A stretch of DNA of 33,901 bases from Nocardioides sp. Its GTDB lineage: Bacteria > Actinomycetota > Actinomycetes > Propionibacteriales > Nocardioidaceae. Each line of letters begins with the position of its first letter. Positions within the stretch are counted from its first letter, which is position 1. Below, in pieces: positions 17,698 through 26,387 of the stretch. The translations under genes and the position numbers were made by a program. The notes beneath the pieces are model-generated. The model was not told the DNA's origin. It worked only from the letters and a program-made list of their open reading frames with translations, and ran no database searches. The stretch spans positions 1 to 33,901 of the forward strand of contig DASWYU010000264.1 of assembly GCA_036404795.1 (NCBI GenBank), given 5' to 3'.

Positions 17698-19284
17698 ATG
17701 GATCGGGGGACCCACACCACAGCGGCCGCGTTGCTCGACGCGGTCCGCGACACCACCCGTACGACGCGGGTCGCGGAGGCGGCCGCCTTCGTCGCCGTGG
17801 GCGATTGGGCGGATGCGCACACCTCGGATGCGGTGGTCGGTGACCCGATCGGAGCTCTCGGTGAGTGGCTCGACCCCGACCACACCGAGACGTTGGCGGG
17901 CGATCAATTCTTGGAGCTCGGTGGGCCGGGTGCGCCGGTGGTGGCGGAGTTCTGCATCGGCGAGGTCGCTGCGATCCGGGGTTGCTCGTTCGACGCCGCA
18001 CGCCGACTCGTCGGGGACGCGGTCGAGCTGCGGCACCGGCTCCCGCGGGTCCATGCCCGGATCGCGGCCGGGGAGGTCGAGGTCTGGCGGGCACGGCGCA
18101 TCGCCCAGCAGACGCGTCCACTCACCAAGGAAGCGGCTGGGTTCGTCGACGTCCACATCGCGTACGTCGCCGGCCGCGCCACCACCGGCGACGTCGACCG
18201 GCTCGTCGCCGAGGCAGCGGCCCGGTTCGACCCCGAGTCGCTGGAGGCCGAGCGTCTCGACGCGGACGCCGGGCGGCACGTGACGATCGACCTCGCCGGC
18301 ATGGCGTATCGGGACCCGCTGACCGGGACCCTGCGCGGCACCGTCGACGTCACCGGATCCCTCGACCTGGCCGACGCGCTCGACCTGGAGCGCGCCGTCG
18401 CGCACGTCGCCGGACAGCTCGCCGACCTGGGCAGCACGGATGACCTGGACGTACGGCGCTCGATCGCGCTGGGTGAGATCGCTCGCCGCTCCGACGGCAT
18501 CGACACCCTGGCCTTCACTGACGCCGTGGCGGGCGGCGGCGCCGTGGACGGCGACCTGTCGCGCCCTAGAGCGCGGCCGGTGCTGCGGTCGAAGCGGGAC
18601 GTGGTGATCTATATCCACCTCGACCACGCCGCGATCACCGGCACCGTCACCGGACTGGGCCCGGGGATCGACGCCTGCACCGGCACGACCGGGATCGACC
18701 TCGCCCGCCTCGACACCCCAGGAATGCCCCGCGGCCCGGTCACAGCCGAGCAGGTCCGGGCCTGGTGCGGCAGCCCGGACACACAGGTGACCGTCAAGCC
18801 GGTCATCGACCTCAACGCCGCGCCGACCTCGACCGCCGTGGCACTCGGAGTGCGTGGCGCCTCTGTTGCCGGCTCCGCGGGCGCCGGTGTCCGCGGGCTC
18901 GCGGTCGACGGCTACCGCCCCACCGAGCGGATCGCCGACCACGTCCGGCTCCGCTGGCCCCGCTGCGTGTTCCCCTACTGCACCCGCAGCGCCCGCGCAT
19001 CCGACCTCGACCACCGCAACGCCTACGGCCCGTCCACAGCGCGCGGAACGGGCCAGACCTCCACGAGCAACCTGTATCCGCTGTGTCGACGCCACCACCG
19101 CATGAAAACGCATCCCGAGCTCGCCACCGGACGCCGCTGGACCTACCGGCCCACCGACCCCGCACGAGGCGAACCACCGGACGCGCTCCACTGGACCAGC
19201 CCCACCGGGCTCACCTACGTCGTCGACCCCGACGGGTCTCGCCCCTGGCCACCGCCAGGACCGGACGATCCCTCCCGCGCCTGA
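17698..19284 (+). CDS. DUF222-like / HNH endonuclease signature protein (13E12-like family)
   Basis: Helical N-terminal region (ELRHRLPRV) and C-terminal CVFPYC...DLDH...NLYPLCRRHHRMKTH HNH motif, then HWTSPTGLTY. Confidence 0.88.
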   Translation: MDRGTHTTAAALLDAVRDTTRTTRVAEAAAFVAVGDWADAHTSDAVVGDPIGALGEWLDPDHTETLAGDQFLELGGPGAPVVAEFCIGEVAAIRGCSFDAARRLVGDAVELRHRLPRVHARIAAGEVEVWRARRIAQQTRPLTKEAAGFVDVHIAYVAGRATTGDVDRLVAEAAARFDPESLEAERLDADAGRHVTIDLAGMAYRDPLTGTLRGTVDVTGSLDLADALDLERAVAHVAGQLADLGSTDDLDVRRSIALGEIARRSDGIDTLAFTDAVAGGGAVDGDLSRPRARPVLRSKRDVVIYIHLDHAAITGTVTGLGPGIDACTGTTGIDLARLDTPGMPRGPVTAEQVRAWCGSPDTQVTVKPVIDLNAAPTSTAVALGVRGASVAGSAGAGVRGLAVDGYRPTERIADHVRLRWPRCVFPYCTRSARASDLDHRNAYGPSTARGTGQTSTSNLYPLCRRHHRMKTHPELATGRRWTYRPTDPARGEPPDALHWTSPTGLTYVVDPDGSRPWPPPGPDDPSRA

Positions 19285-19302
19285 CCCATCCGACAACCCA
19301 CC

Positions 19303-19335
19303 CGCCGCCCGGCTCACCCCCGTGACCGGGCGGCG
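19303..19335 (+). terminator. Strong hairpin downstream of the HNH gene
   Basis: CGCCGCCCGG-C-TCAC-CCCC-GTGA-CCGGGCGGCG; 14-bp stem with one bulge and no U-tract. Confidence 0.55.
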
Positions 19336-19742
19336 AAGCATGCCCCGACGAACCCAGCACACGGGCCACCCACGCGAGCCACCAGCGACCCAACCGCTAC
19401 GCCGCCACCAGCCTCACCGACACGACAGGACGTGCCGCTCCCGAGGCATCCGTTGACCCGCCGGCACAGGTGGCGAACTGCGCCGGAGCCCGGCGCCCTC
19501 ACCGGCATGCTGGGCGAGACCGCACGGGGTCGACCCCAGGTCGCGACGACGCACTCGTGCACGATCTGCCGTGGAGTACACCGGCGGGCGCGGCCGCATC
19601 GGTGCCGGGCTCGACCGAACCCTCTGCGCCGCCGACGGCCATCGGCACGACCCTGCACGAGAACGCGAGTCGGGCACGCCGCCGACGACCGGCTCGCGAC
19701 TCGCCCCTGCCGGCGCGAGCGGCGTCGACACCTGCCCGACGG

Positions 19743-21338
19743 CTACTCGGCCTGCTCCGCCGCGCGCGCGGCGACGTGCCGGCCGGCGAGGTATCCGTAG
19801 GCCAGCCCCCGCATGTTGGCGACCCCGCTCTGGAGCCCGGCGCCCACGTCGTTGCGACCGGCGGAGTTGCCCGCGGCGTACAGGCCCAGCACCGCCTCGC
19901 CGGTGTAGGTCAGCACCCGCGCGTCCCCGTCGACCTGCAGACCGGCGGAGGCGACGCCGAACTGCACCCGCGACATGCGGGCCGCGTAGAACGGTCCGCG
20001 CGCGATCGGGCCGAGGGTGGGGTTGCCGGCATCGAGCGCGGGGCGGTCACGGAACATCGCGATCGACCAGATCTGCTCGCCGCGCTGGAAGTCGGAGTCG
20101 GCCCCGGCGGCGCAGTGCTCGTTGTAGCGCGCCACCTGCTCCTCGAGCCCGTCCGGGTCGATGCCCGCGAGCTCGGCGAGCTCGCGGATCGTGTCAGCCT
20201 TCACCGCCAGGTCGAGCCGGGGTGCGCGGGCCGCGTCGCCCTCGACGTAGTCCTGGTCGAACACCAGCCAGCACGGCCAGTTCGGCATCGTGTGGGTCGC
20301 GCCGTCGAGCGTCTGGAGCGCGGCCGACATCGCCGGGTAGAACGACTCGTTGGCGAAGCGGCGCCCCGTGGCGTTGACGATGATCTCGTGGGGGTTCACG
20401 GCCCGGTACGACGAGTGCAGGTCGTGCCCGTCCTCGTCCTCGATGCCCTGCGGGAACCCGACCTGCATCACGTTGCGCGCGGCGGGCAGTGTCGAGATCG
20501 CGGCGCCGGTCGGCGCGGCCATGACGAGGTGGTCGCCCTCGATGCCCGCCGGGGCGGCACTGCCGTGGTCGTCGAGCGCACCCTCGAAGCGGCGGACGAG
20601 GTCGGGGTTCCAGTCGTAGCCGCCCGTCGCGAGCACCACGCCACCGGTCACGGCGATCTCGACGTCCTCACCGTCGTGGTGGACGACGATGCCGCGGACG
20701 ACGCCGTCCTCGACGACGAGACGCCGGGCGGGCGACGATGCCCAGAGCTCGACACCGGCAGCGAGGGCCGCGTGCACGTAGTGCGCCGCGAGCGCCTCCC
20801 CCATGAAGACGTGCTCGCCGCCGACGGAGCCCTCGGCGCCGTCACGCCCGAGGCCGCCACCGCTCGACCCGATCGGCGAACGCCGGAGCCGCGGCGCCCA
20901 CTCGCCGAGGAGCGCGGTGTCGATCCCGACCGGCTCCAGGTAGCGACCGTCGGCGGCCGCGTGCTCGAGCAGCGGGTAGTAGTAGTCGGGCAGCTCCTTG
21001 ATGACCTGCATCCCGATGCCGTGCACCGACTCGAAGTAGTCGACCGCGTCCTTCGCCGCCGCCAGGAGGCCCACCGTGCGCTCCGGGTCGCCCCAGCCGC
21101 CGGCCAGCTCCTGCAGGTACGCCGCGCCCTCGGCGACCGAGTCCTCGATCCCGAGGTCCGCCTGCTGCCGGCTCCCGGGCACCCAGGTCTGACCACCGGA
21201 GTAGGCCGTCACGCCGCCGACCTGCGCCATCTTCTCGACCAGGAGCACCCGCGCCCCGGCCTCCGCGGCGGCCGCCGCCGCCGCGCAACCTCCCACGCCC
21301 GTCCCCACGCACACGACATCGAACTCGAGCTTCGTCAT
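19743..21338 (-). CDS. FAD-dependent oxidoreductase, 3-ketosteroid dehydrogenase (KstD)-like / FAD_binding_2
   Basis: VGTGVGG, GGVTAYSGGQTWVP, YPDY-like LPDYY, VLATGGY and GLYAAGN motifs; ATG 21338 with GAGGAGG RBS. Confidence 0.82.
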   Translation of the reverse strand: MTKLEFDVVCVGTGVGGCAAAAAAAEAGARVLLVEKMAQVGGVTAYSGGQTWVPGSRQQADLGIEDSVAEGAAYLQELAGGWGDPERTVGLLAAAKDAVDYFESVHGIGMQVIKELPDYYYPLLEHAAADGRYLEPVGIDTALLGEWAPRLRRSPIGSSGGGLGRDGAEGSVGGEHVFMGEALAAHYVHAALAAGVELWASSPARRLVVEDGVVRGIVVHHDGEDVEIAVTGGVVLATGGYDWNPDLVRRFEGALDDHGSAAPAGIEGDHLVMAAPTGAAISTLPAARNVMQVGFPQGIEDEDGHDLHSSYRAVNPHEIIVNATGRRFANESFYPAMSAALQTLDGATHTMPNWPCWLVFDQDYVEGDAARAPRLDLAVKADTIRELAELAGIDPDGLEEQVARYNEHCAAGADSDFQRGEQIWSIAMFRDRPALDAGNPTLGPIARGPFYAARMSRVQFGVASAGLQVDGDARVLTYTGEAVLGLYAAGNSAGRNDVGAGLQSGVANMRGLAYGYLAGRHVAARAAEQAE

Positions 21339-21364
21339 CTCGACCGCCTCCTCAGACGGACGCG

Positions 21365-21393
21365 AATCTAACGCTGTTGTGTTCGTGGTGCAA
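21365..21393 (-). promoter_or_regulatory. Sigma70-type promoter of the flavoprotein gene
   Basis: TTGCAC (21393-21388), 17-nt spacer, TAGATT (21370-21365). Confidence 0.6.
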
Positions 21394-21490
21394 CGGGTTC
21401 GGACGGGGTTTGGTCGCGACGCGCCCTGGTGACAACGTCCCTCGTCGGTGCCCGCCCGGGGAGCGTCGTCCGACCGAGAGAGGCGATCCG

Positions 21491-21904
21491 ATGCACGCGG
21501 AACCGACACGGCCCGCGAGCCCCCACTGGCTCGCCCTCGCCGTCGCGCAGCTGCTCGGGGCGGCGCTCGTGCTCGCCCTGCTGGTGCGCGCGATCGTCGA
21601 CGACCCGGCGGGCGCCGACATCGCCGCTCGCGTCGGCATCGCCGCCGCCGTCGGCATCGGCGTCACGCTGCACCGGCGTCGCCTCGGCGCGAGGTGGTCC
21701 GTCGCCGGGTCGCCGGCCGCCACGGTCGTGTTCGTGGCCGCGGTGATCGGCCCGGCCGTCGTTTTCGTCGGACTCGCGACCGGGTTCGTGCTCGACGCGA
21801 CCACGCTCCAGGTCCTCGTCGTGGTGACGCTGGCCGGGGTCGTCGTCGAGGCCGCGGTCTGCGCCACGCAGCGACGCCAAGACCAACGAGAAGACCGCCC
21901 CTGA
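21491..21904 (+). CDS. Hypothetical four-TM membrane protein
   Basis: ATG 21491 after GAGAGG; four hydrophobic segments. Confidence 0.6.
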   Translation: MHAEPTRPASPHWLALAVAQLLGAALVLALLVRAIVDDPAGADIAARVGIAAAVGIGVTLHRRRLGARWSVAGSPAATVVFVAAVIGPAVVFVGLATGFVLDATTLQVLVVVTLAGVVVEAAVCATQRRQDQREDRP

Positions 21905-21932
21905 CACTGCTCTCACAGGTCAGAGGCGGTCT
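21892..21932. terminator. Hairpin between the membrane protein gene and tRNA-Val(CAC)
   Basis: AGACCGCC-C-CTGAC...GTCAG-A-GGCGGTCT inverted repeat between convergent transcripts. Confidence 0.55.
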
Positions 21933-21939
21933 CTGAGGG

Positions 21940-22011
21940 TGGGCGATACTGGGTTCGAACCAGTGACCTCTTCGGTGTGAACGAAGCGCGCTACCACTGC
22001 GCCAATCGCCC
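21940..22011 (-). tRNA. tRNA-Val(CAC)
   Basis: Cloverleaf GGGCGAT...ATCGCCCA; anticodon arm CTTCG-TTCACAC-CGAAG; T-loop GGTTCGAACC. Confidence 0.96.
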
Positions 22012-22076
22012 GCTGTGGTGCGGTCGCATACGTTAGCGCACCTCCCCCGCGAACTCACATCGGGGTCATCCGCCGT

Positions 22077-22898
22077 TCACGGGTCGATGTCCTGCGCCTC
22101 GCGCTCCCGCCAGGTGCGCTGCGCAGCGGCCGTCACCGGACCGGGCGCGGGGAGCTCGCGGTCGTTCCAGCGCCGTACCGCCTGCACGTCCCGCGTCGTG
22201 CTCACCAGGAACACCTCGTCGGCCGCCTCGGCCACCGCGATCGGCTCGTCGACCTCGCGCCCACCGCACCACCGGAGCACGAGCGCGCGCGTCACGCCCG
22301 CGAGGCAGCCGCTCGCGAGAGTCGGCGTGCGCAGCTCGCCGTCGACCACGTAGAAGAGGTTCGACCCCGTGCCCTCGCACAGGTCGCCGACCGTGTTGGC
22401 GAAGATCGCCTCGCTCGCCCCCTGCTCGCCCGCGCGGGCGAGCGCGACGACGTTCTCGGCGTACGACGTCGTCTTCAGCCCCGCCACCGCACTCCGCTCG
22501 TTGCGGACCCACGGCACGGTCACGATCGCGGCGGTCTCCGGCTGGGGCGCCATGGAGACGGCGGAGACGAGGAGCGAGTACGGCGCGTCCCCCCGCCCCG
22601 ACCCGAGCGGCCCGGGCCCTCCCGTGACCGTCAGCCGGAGCCGGCCGAGGGGCAGGTGCTCGGCGGCGAGGGTCGCGGCGATGCCCGCCCGGACCGCCTC
22701 GACGTCGACCCCCTCCAGCCCGATGCCCCGCGCGGAGGAGACGAGACGGTCGAGGTGTCGCGTCAGCGCGAAGGGCCGGCCGTCGACGACCTTGATCGAC
22801 TCGAAGACACCGTCCCCCACGGTCACCCCGTGGTCGGTCGCCGTCAGCACCGGCTGGTCGGGATCGCCGAGCAGCTGTCCGTTCACCCACGTCTTCAT
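22077..22898 (-). CDS. Class IV aminotransferase (4-amino-4-deoxychorismate lyase / branched-chain aminotransferase-like)
   Basis: DHGVTVGDGVFES, HLDRL, LKTTSY, CEGTGSNLF and CLAGVTR motifs. ATG 22898 lies 6 nt after TACGAT. Confidence 0.9.
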   Translation of the reverse strand: MKTWVNGQLLGDPDQPVLTATDHGVTVGDGVFESIKVVDGRPFALTRHLDRLVSSARGIGLEGVDVEAVRAGIAATLAAEHLPLGRLRLTVTGGPGPLGSGRGDAPYSLLVSAVSMAPQPETAAIVTVPWVRNERSAVAGLKTTSYAENVVALARAGEQGASEAIFANTVGDLCEGTGSNLFYVVDGELRTPTLASGCLAGVTRALVLRWCGGREVDEPIAVAEAADEVFLVSTTRDVQAVRRWNDRELPAPGPVTAAAQRTWREREAQDIDP

Positions 22899-22986
22899 GA
22901 GCCGATCGTAGGTGCTCTGACCTGCGGTTTCACGCGCCCCCAAGCGCCCACGTCAACCTGGAAGTCACACCGACGTGACCCGGATT

Positions 22987-23014
22987 TTGCACGCCCCCCG
23001 GCATCCGCTAATGT
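22987..23014 (+). promoter_or_regulatory. Promoter of the tRNA Gly-Cys-Val operon
   Basis: TTGCAC (22987-22992), 16-nt spacer, TAATGT (23009-23014). Confidence 0.6.
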
Positions 23015-23057
23015 TCTCGACGCACGCCGAACCGGGGAAACCCGGAGCGGAGCGCAA

Positions 23058-23130
23058 GCGGACGTAGCTCAGTTGGTAGAGCGCAACCTTGCCAAGGTTG
23101 AGGTCGCGAGTTCGAGCCTCGTCGTCCGCT
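23058..23130 (+). tRNA. tRNA-Gly(GCC)
   Basis: GCGGACG...CGTCCGCT; anticodon arm CAACC-TTGCCAA-GGTTG. Confidence 0.96.
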
Positions 23131-23157
23131 CGGAGAGAAGTAGGTACCAGCCTCCAC

Positions 23158-23228
23158 GGTGGAGTGGCCGAGAGGCGAGGCAACGGACTGCAAATCCGTC
23201 TACACGGGTTCAAATCCCGTCTCCACCT
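23158..23228 (+). tRNA. tRNA-Cys(GCA)
   Basis: GGTGGAG...CTCCACCT; anticodon arm ACGGA-CTGCAAA-TCCGT. Confidence 0.96.
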
Positions 23229-23267
23229 CGATTGCCTCCGGTCCCGCAAGGGATCGTTGGTCGTCTA

Positions 23268-23342
23268 GGGCGATTGGCGCAGTGGTAGCGCGCTTCCTTG
23301 ACACGGAAGAGGTCACTGGTTCAAACCCAGTATCGCCCACCA
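23268..23342 (+). tRNA. tRNA-Val(GAC)
   Basis: GGGCGAT...ATCGCCCACCA; anticodon arm CTTCC-TTGACAC-GGAAG; encoded CCA. Confidence 0.96.
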
Positions 23343-23347
23343 GCGAC

Positions 23348-23376
23348 AAGCCGCAGATCCTCGGATCTGCGGCTTT
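23348..23376 (+). terminator. Intrinsic terminator of the tRNA operon
   Basis: AAGCCGCAGATCC-TC-GGATCTGCGGCTT-T, perfect inverted repeat. Confidence 0.85.
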
Positions 23377-23402
23377 CGTCGTTCCAGGCCCGGTCCCCCG
23401 GC

Positions 23403-24185
23403 TCACGCTTCGTCGTCGAGGCGGTCCCCCAGCAGCCGCAGCGCCTCCGCCTGCGCTGCGTTGAGGCGGGGGTCGTCCATCAGGTCGGCCAGCTCCACGG
23501 TGTCCGCCGCGCGCAGCCGGCGTCCACTGGCGCTGGCGAGGAACCCCGCGAGCGCGGGCCGCAACAGGGCGACGTAGTCCTCGACGACGGCGCCGATCGC
23601 GGCGTCGTCGGCATCGGCAGGCAGGTCCTGGAAGCGCTCGACGACCTCGACCAGCCCGCTGCCGCCGTCGGCGGCGAGCAGCGACGCGGCGAACTGCTCC
23701 ATGTCGGCACCGTGGGTGTCGGACGTCAGACGCGCGACCAGCTGCGAGGCGTCCCGCTCGAACTCGGCGAGCCCCGATCCCGCCCGCGCGCCGAACGCCG
23801 CCAGCGCCGCCATCCCCGGGGGTTCGTCGGGACGGCGCCGCTCGAGCCGCAGCCGCGCGATCTCGTCCCGACGTCGTTGCAACCGGTCGATCGCCGCGGC
23901 GAGCTCACCGTCGAGCTCGGCGAGGAGAGCGTCGCCGTCCATACCCCCGTCGTTCTCCGGAGTCCCGGAGAGCTCGAGGAACTCCGGGACCCGCTCGAGC
24001 GGGACACCGACGTCCACCAGCCGCCGGATGCGGAGGAGCCGACCGACGTCCGCCAGGGTGTAGCTGCGATAGCCGTTGGTGCTCCGTGCGGGCTCGGGCA
24101 GGATGCCGAGCTGGTGGTAGTGCCGCAGGGTGCGCACACTGACGCCGGCGAGTCGGGCGACCTCGTTGCTGCGCACGGCTCTCAT
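23403..24185 (-). CDS. MerR family transcriptional regulator
   Basis: EVARLAGVSVRTLRHYHQLGIL...NGYRSY motif. ATG 24185 overlaps the MFS stop (ATGA). Confidence 0.92.
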   Translation of the reverse strand: MRAVRSNEVARLAGVSVRTLRHYHQLGILPEPARSTNGYRSYTLADVGRLLRIRRLVDVGVPLERVPEFLELSGTPENDGGMDGDALLAELDGELAAAIDRLQRRRDEIARLRLERRRPDEPPGMAALAAFGARAGSGLAEFERDASQLVARLTSDTHGADMEQFAASLLAADGGSGLVEVVERFQDLPADADDAAIGAVVEDYVALLRPALAGFLASASGRRLRAADTVELADLMDDPRLNAAQAEALRLLGDRLDDEA

Positions 24186-25408
24186 TGGAGCACCTCCCCC
24201 GGTCCGGCGGGGCCGAGATCCCGCAGCGGCCTCGCCACCAGGGCCGCGACCACGACGAGCGCCCAGAAGCCGAGCACGACCAGGCCGGTCGTCGACAGCG
24301 ACGTGCTGTCGACGAGGATGCCCGCCCCGAGCACCCCGAGCGACGGTGCGGCGGTGATCGCCGCGTTCTGCGTGCCCATCACGCGACCGCGGGCGGCGTC
24401 GGGGATCCGCTCGACCATCAGCACCCCGACGACGGTCGTCGCGACACCCGCCGTCACGCCCAGGACCATGGCACCGAGGAGCACCACCCACACGGCCGGG
24501 AGCAGGCAGATGAGGGCGACCCCGCCGACCGACCCGACCAGGCCGAGCACCGTCCACGCGCGGCGGGCGAGCCGAGGGCCCCAGGCCGCGTAGACCGCGG
24601 AGCCGAGGAGCAGCCCGAGGGCGAGCGCGCTGAGCACCAGGCCGAGCTGCCCAGTGGCGCCCTCCACGGTGAAGTGGACCGGCAGCAGGAGACCCTGGAC
24701 GGCGGTGAGGACCGTGACGAGCCCCAGGTTCAGCGCCGTCACGCTCAGCAGGAACGGCGACCGGGCGAGCACGACCCAGCCCTCGCGGAGATGGGCGAGC
24801 GCGGCCCGCGGGGAGCCGCCCGGCCGCACGCCGGTGATGCGGCCCACCTCACGCGGGAGCAGCAGGGTGGTGAGCGCCGCCAGCGCGCTCGTCGCTGCGG
24901 TGATCCACAACGCCGCCGACCCGTCGAGCAGGACCACGAGGCCCGCCGCGGCGGCCGGACCGACGAGCATCGTCACCGAGCCGGTCATCTCTCGCAGGGC
25001 GACGAGGCGATCGAGGTCGCCACCGCCGTGGCGGGCGACCGCGGGCAGCAGCGCCTCCCTCGCCGTGAGGCCGGGGACGTCCCCGAAGGACCCGATGATG
25101 CCGAGCAGGACGAACCACCCCAGTGACAGCCCCGTCAGCAGGTCGACGAGCGGGAGCGCGGCGATGGCCGCCGCCGAGATGAGGTCGGTGACGACCGAGA
25201 CGGTGCGTCGGTGGAACCGGTCCACCACGCCGCCCATCACGAGCCCCGCCAGCACCGCCGGGACCGCCGTGGCGGCGGCGACCAACCCGGCGTCGGCCGC
25301 GCTGCCGGTGGTCTGGAGCACGACGAGCGGCAACACGACGGCGGCGACCGCGTTGCCGAGCACGGACAGGCCGTAGGAGCCGAGGAAGACGGCGATGGTC
25401 CTGGTCAT
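24182..25408 (-). CDS. MFS transporter (DHA3/macrolide-efflux-like)
   Basis: About 12 TM segments; GGVVDRFHRR motif A and PDAARGRVMG. Start ATG 25408 inferred from promoter position (25426 is the alternative). Confidence 0.9.
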   Translation of the reverse strand: MTRTIAVFLGSYGLSVLGNAVAAVVLPLVVLQTTGSAADAGLVAAATAVPAVLAGLVMGGVVDRFHRRTVSVVTDLISAAAIAALPLVDLLTGLSLGWFVLLGIIGSFGDVPGLTAREALLPAVARHGGGDLDRLVALREMTGSVTMLVGPAAAAGLVVLLDGSAALWITAATSALAALTTLLLPREVGRITGVRPGGSPRAALAHLREGWVVLARSPFLLSVTALNLGLVTVLTAVQGLLLPVHFTVEGATGQLGLVLSALALGLLLGSAVYAAWGPRLARRAWTVLGLVGSVGGVALICLLPAVWVVLLGAMVLGVTAGVATTVVGVLMVERIPDAARGRVMGTQNAAITAAPSLGVLGAGILVDSTSLSTTGLVVLGFWALVVVAALVARPLRDLGPAGPGEVLQ

Positions 25409-25414
25409 GGGACC

Positions 25415-25445
25415 AGCAGAAACCATGACGCTACGTCGGGCTCAA
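25415..25445 (-). promoter_or_regulatory. MerR-type promoter with 19-bp spacer and internal dyad
   Basis: TTGAGC-ccGACGtagCGTCatggtt-TCTGCT, 6 nt upstream of ATG 25408. Confidence 0.65.
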
Positions 25446-25463
25446 GCCCTGGAGACGAACCCC

Positions 25464-25781
25464 TCAGCCGGGAACGTCGCTCGCGGCGATCGGGATTCCG
25501 GCGACGCTGAGCACGCGATGGGCGACCGTGTCGGGACGGGCGAAGAACGCGACGTCGGCACCCTGGCGGCGCGCCTCGCGACGCAGCGTGACGGCCGCAC
25601 CGACCGCGAGGCTGCTGAAGAAGTCGAGGGCACTCATGTCCACCACGATCGACCGGCGGACGCGAGCGAGGGCGGCGCGCACCGCACCCGCGAACTCACC
25701 GACGTCGTCCCGGTCGTAGACGCCGCCGGCGCAACGCAGCACCGCGCCGTCGGTCGCGACACGCAGATCCCCCGAAGCCAT
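25464..25781 (-). CDS. STAS domain protein (anti-sigma factor antagonist)
   Basis: IVVDMSALDFFSSLAVG motif; TAGGGT -10 box 6 nt upstream. Confidence 0.8.
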   Translation of the reverse strand: MASGDLRVATDGAVLRCAGGVYDRDDVGEFAGAVRAALARVRRSIVVDMSALDFFSSLAVGAAVTLRREARRQGADVAFFARPDTVAHRVLSVAGIPIAASDVPG

Positions 25782-25881
25782 GCCTCGACCCTAGGCGGAG
25801 CGGGCGTCGGCCGTCCTCCTACGTTCGGATGAGTCACCCCCGACCATCGACGCCGGCGGACAGCACAGGGGGACGCCGGCC

Positions 25882-26277
25882 TCAGGCCGGTGGCGCGAAG
25901 AACTCGAGCGCGATCCCGTCGGGGTCGCGGAACGAGAGACCCGAGCCGTAGTGCGCGTCGACGATGCCGCCGTGGGCGACCCCGAGGTCGTCCAGGCGGG
26001 CGACCCAGGTCTCCAGCTCGGCACGGTCCGCGCAGGCGAAGGCCAGGTGGTCGAGGCCGGTCCCCCGCTCGTCGAAACCGCCGCCCGTGCCCGCCGGGTG
26101 GGTGTGCAGGCCGAACAGGTGGCCGCCTCCGATCGCGAAGACGGTGTGGTGGAAGCCGCCGGTGGTCTCGTCCTCGTCGAGGACGGGCTGGGAGCCGAAC
26201 AGGGCGGCGTACCACGCGGTGCTCCGCTCGAGATCGGTCACGGTGACGGCGGCGTGGGCGAGGGACGGGAAGGACAT
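25882..26277 (-). CDS. VOC/glyoxalase family protein
   Basis: HAAVTVTDLERS, GLDHLAF and FRDPDGIALEF motifs; AGGAG RBS. Confidence 0.9.
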   Translation of the reverse strand: MSFPSLAHAAVTVTDLERSTAWYAALFGSQPVLDEDETTGGFHHTVFAIGGGHLFGLHTHPAGTGGGFDERGTGLDHLAFACADRAELETWVARLDDLGVAHGGIVDAHYGSGLSFRDPDGIALEFFAPPA

Positions 26278-26387
26278 CGAGACTCCTGGGAAGTGAGGTG
26301 GATCACGACCGCTCCACCGTCGCAGTGCTGCGTGGGGAACGCGCCCACCGATCGGAGAGGTCCCGCGCCCGACCCCACCGCCTGCTC

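Noticed and set aside
4785-22898. p-aminobenzoate to p-nitrobenzoate pathway from the AurF-like oxygenase plus the ADC-lyase-like gene
   Set aside because: The genes are about 16 kb apart in different contexts, with no pabAB, PKS or NRPS; the aminotransferase sits in the tRNA cluster as an apparent housekeeping gene.
21940-23400. Integrated prophage/ICE at the tRNA cluster
   Set aside because: No integrase and no duplicated tRNA 3' end (att) noticed by eye; a computational repeat search would be needed to exclude a short one.
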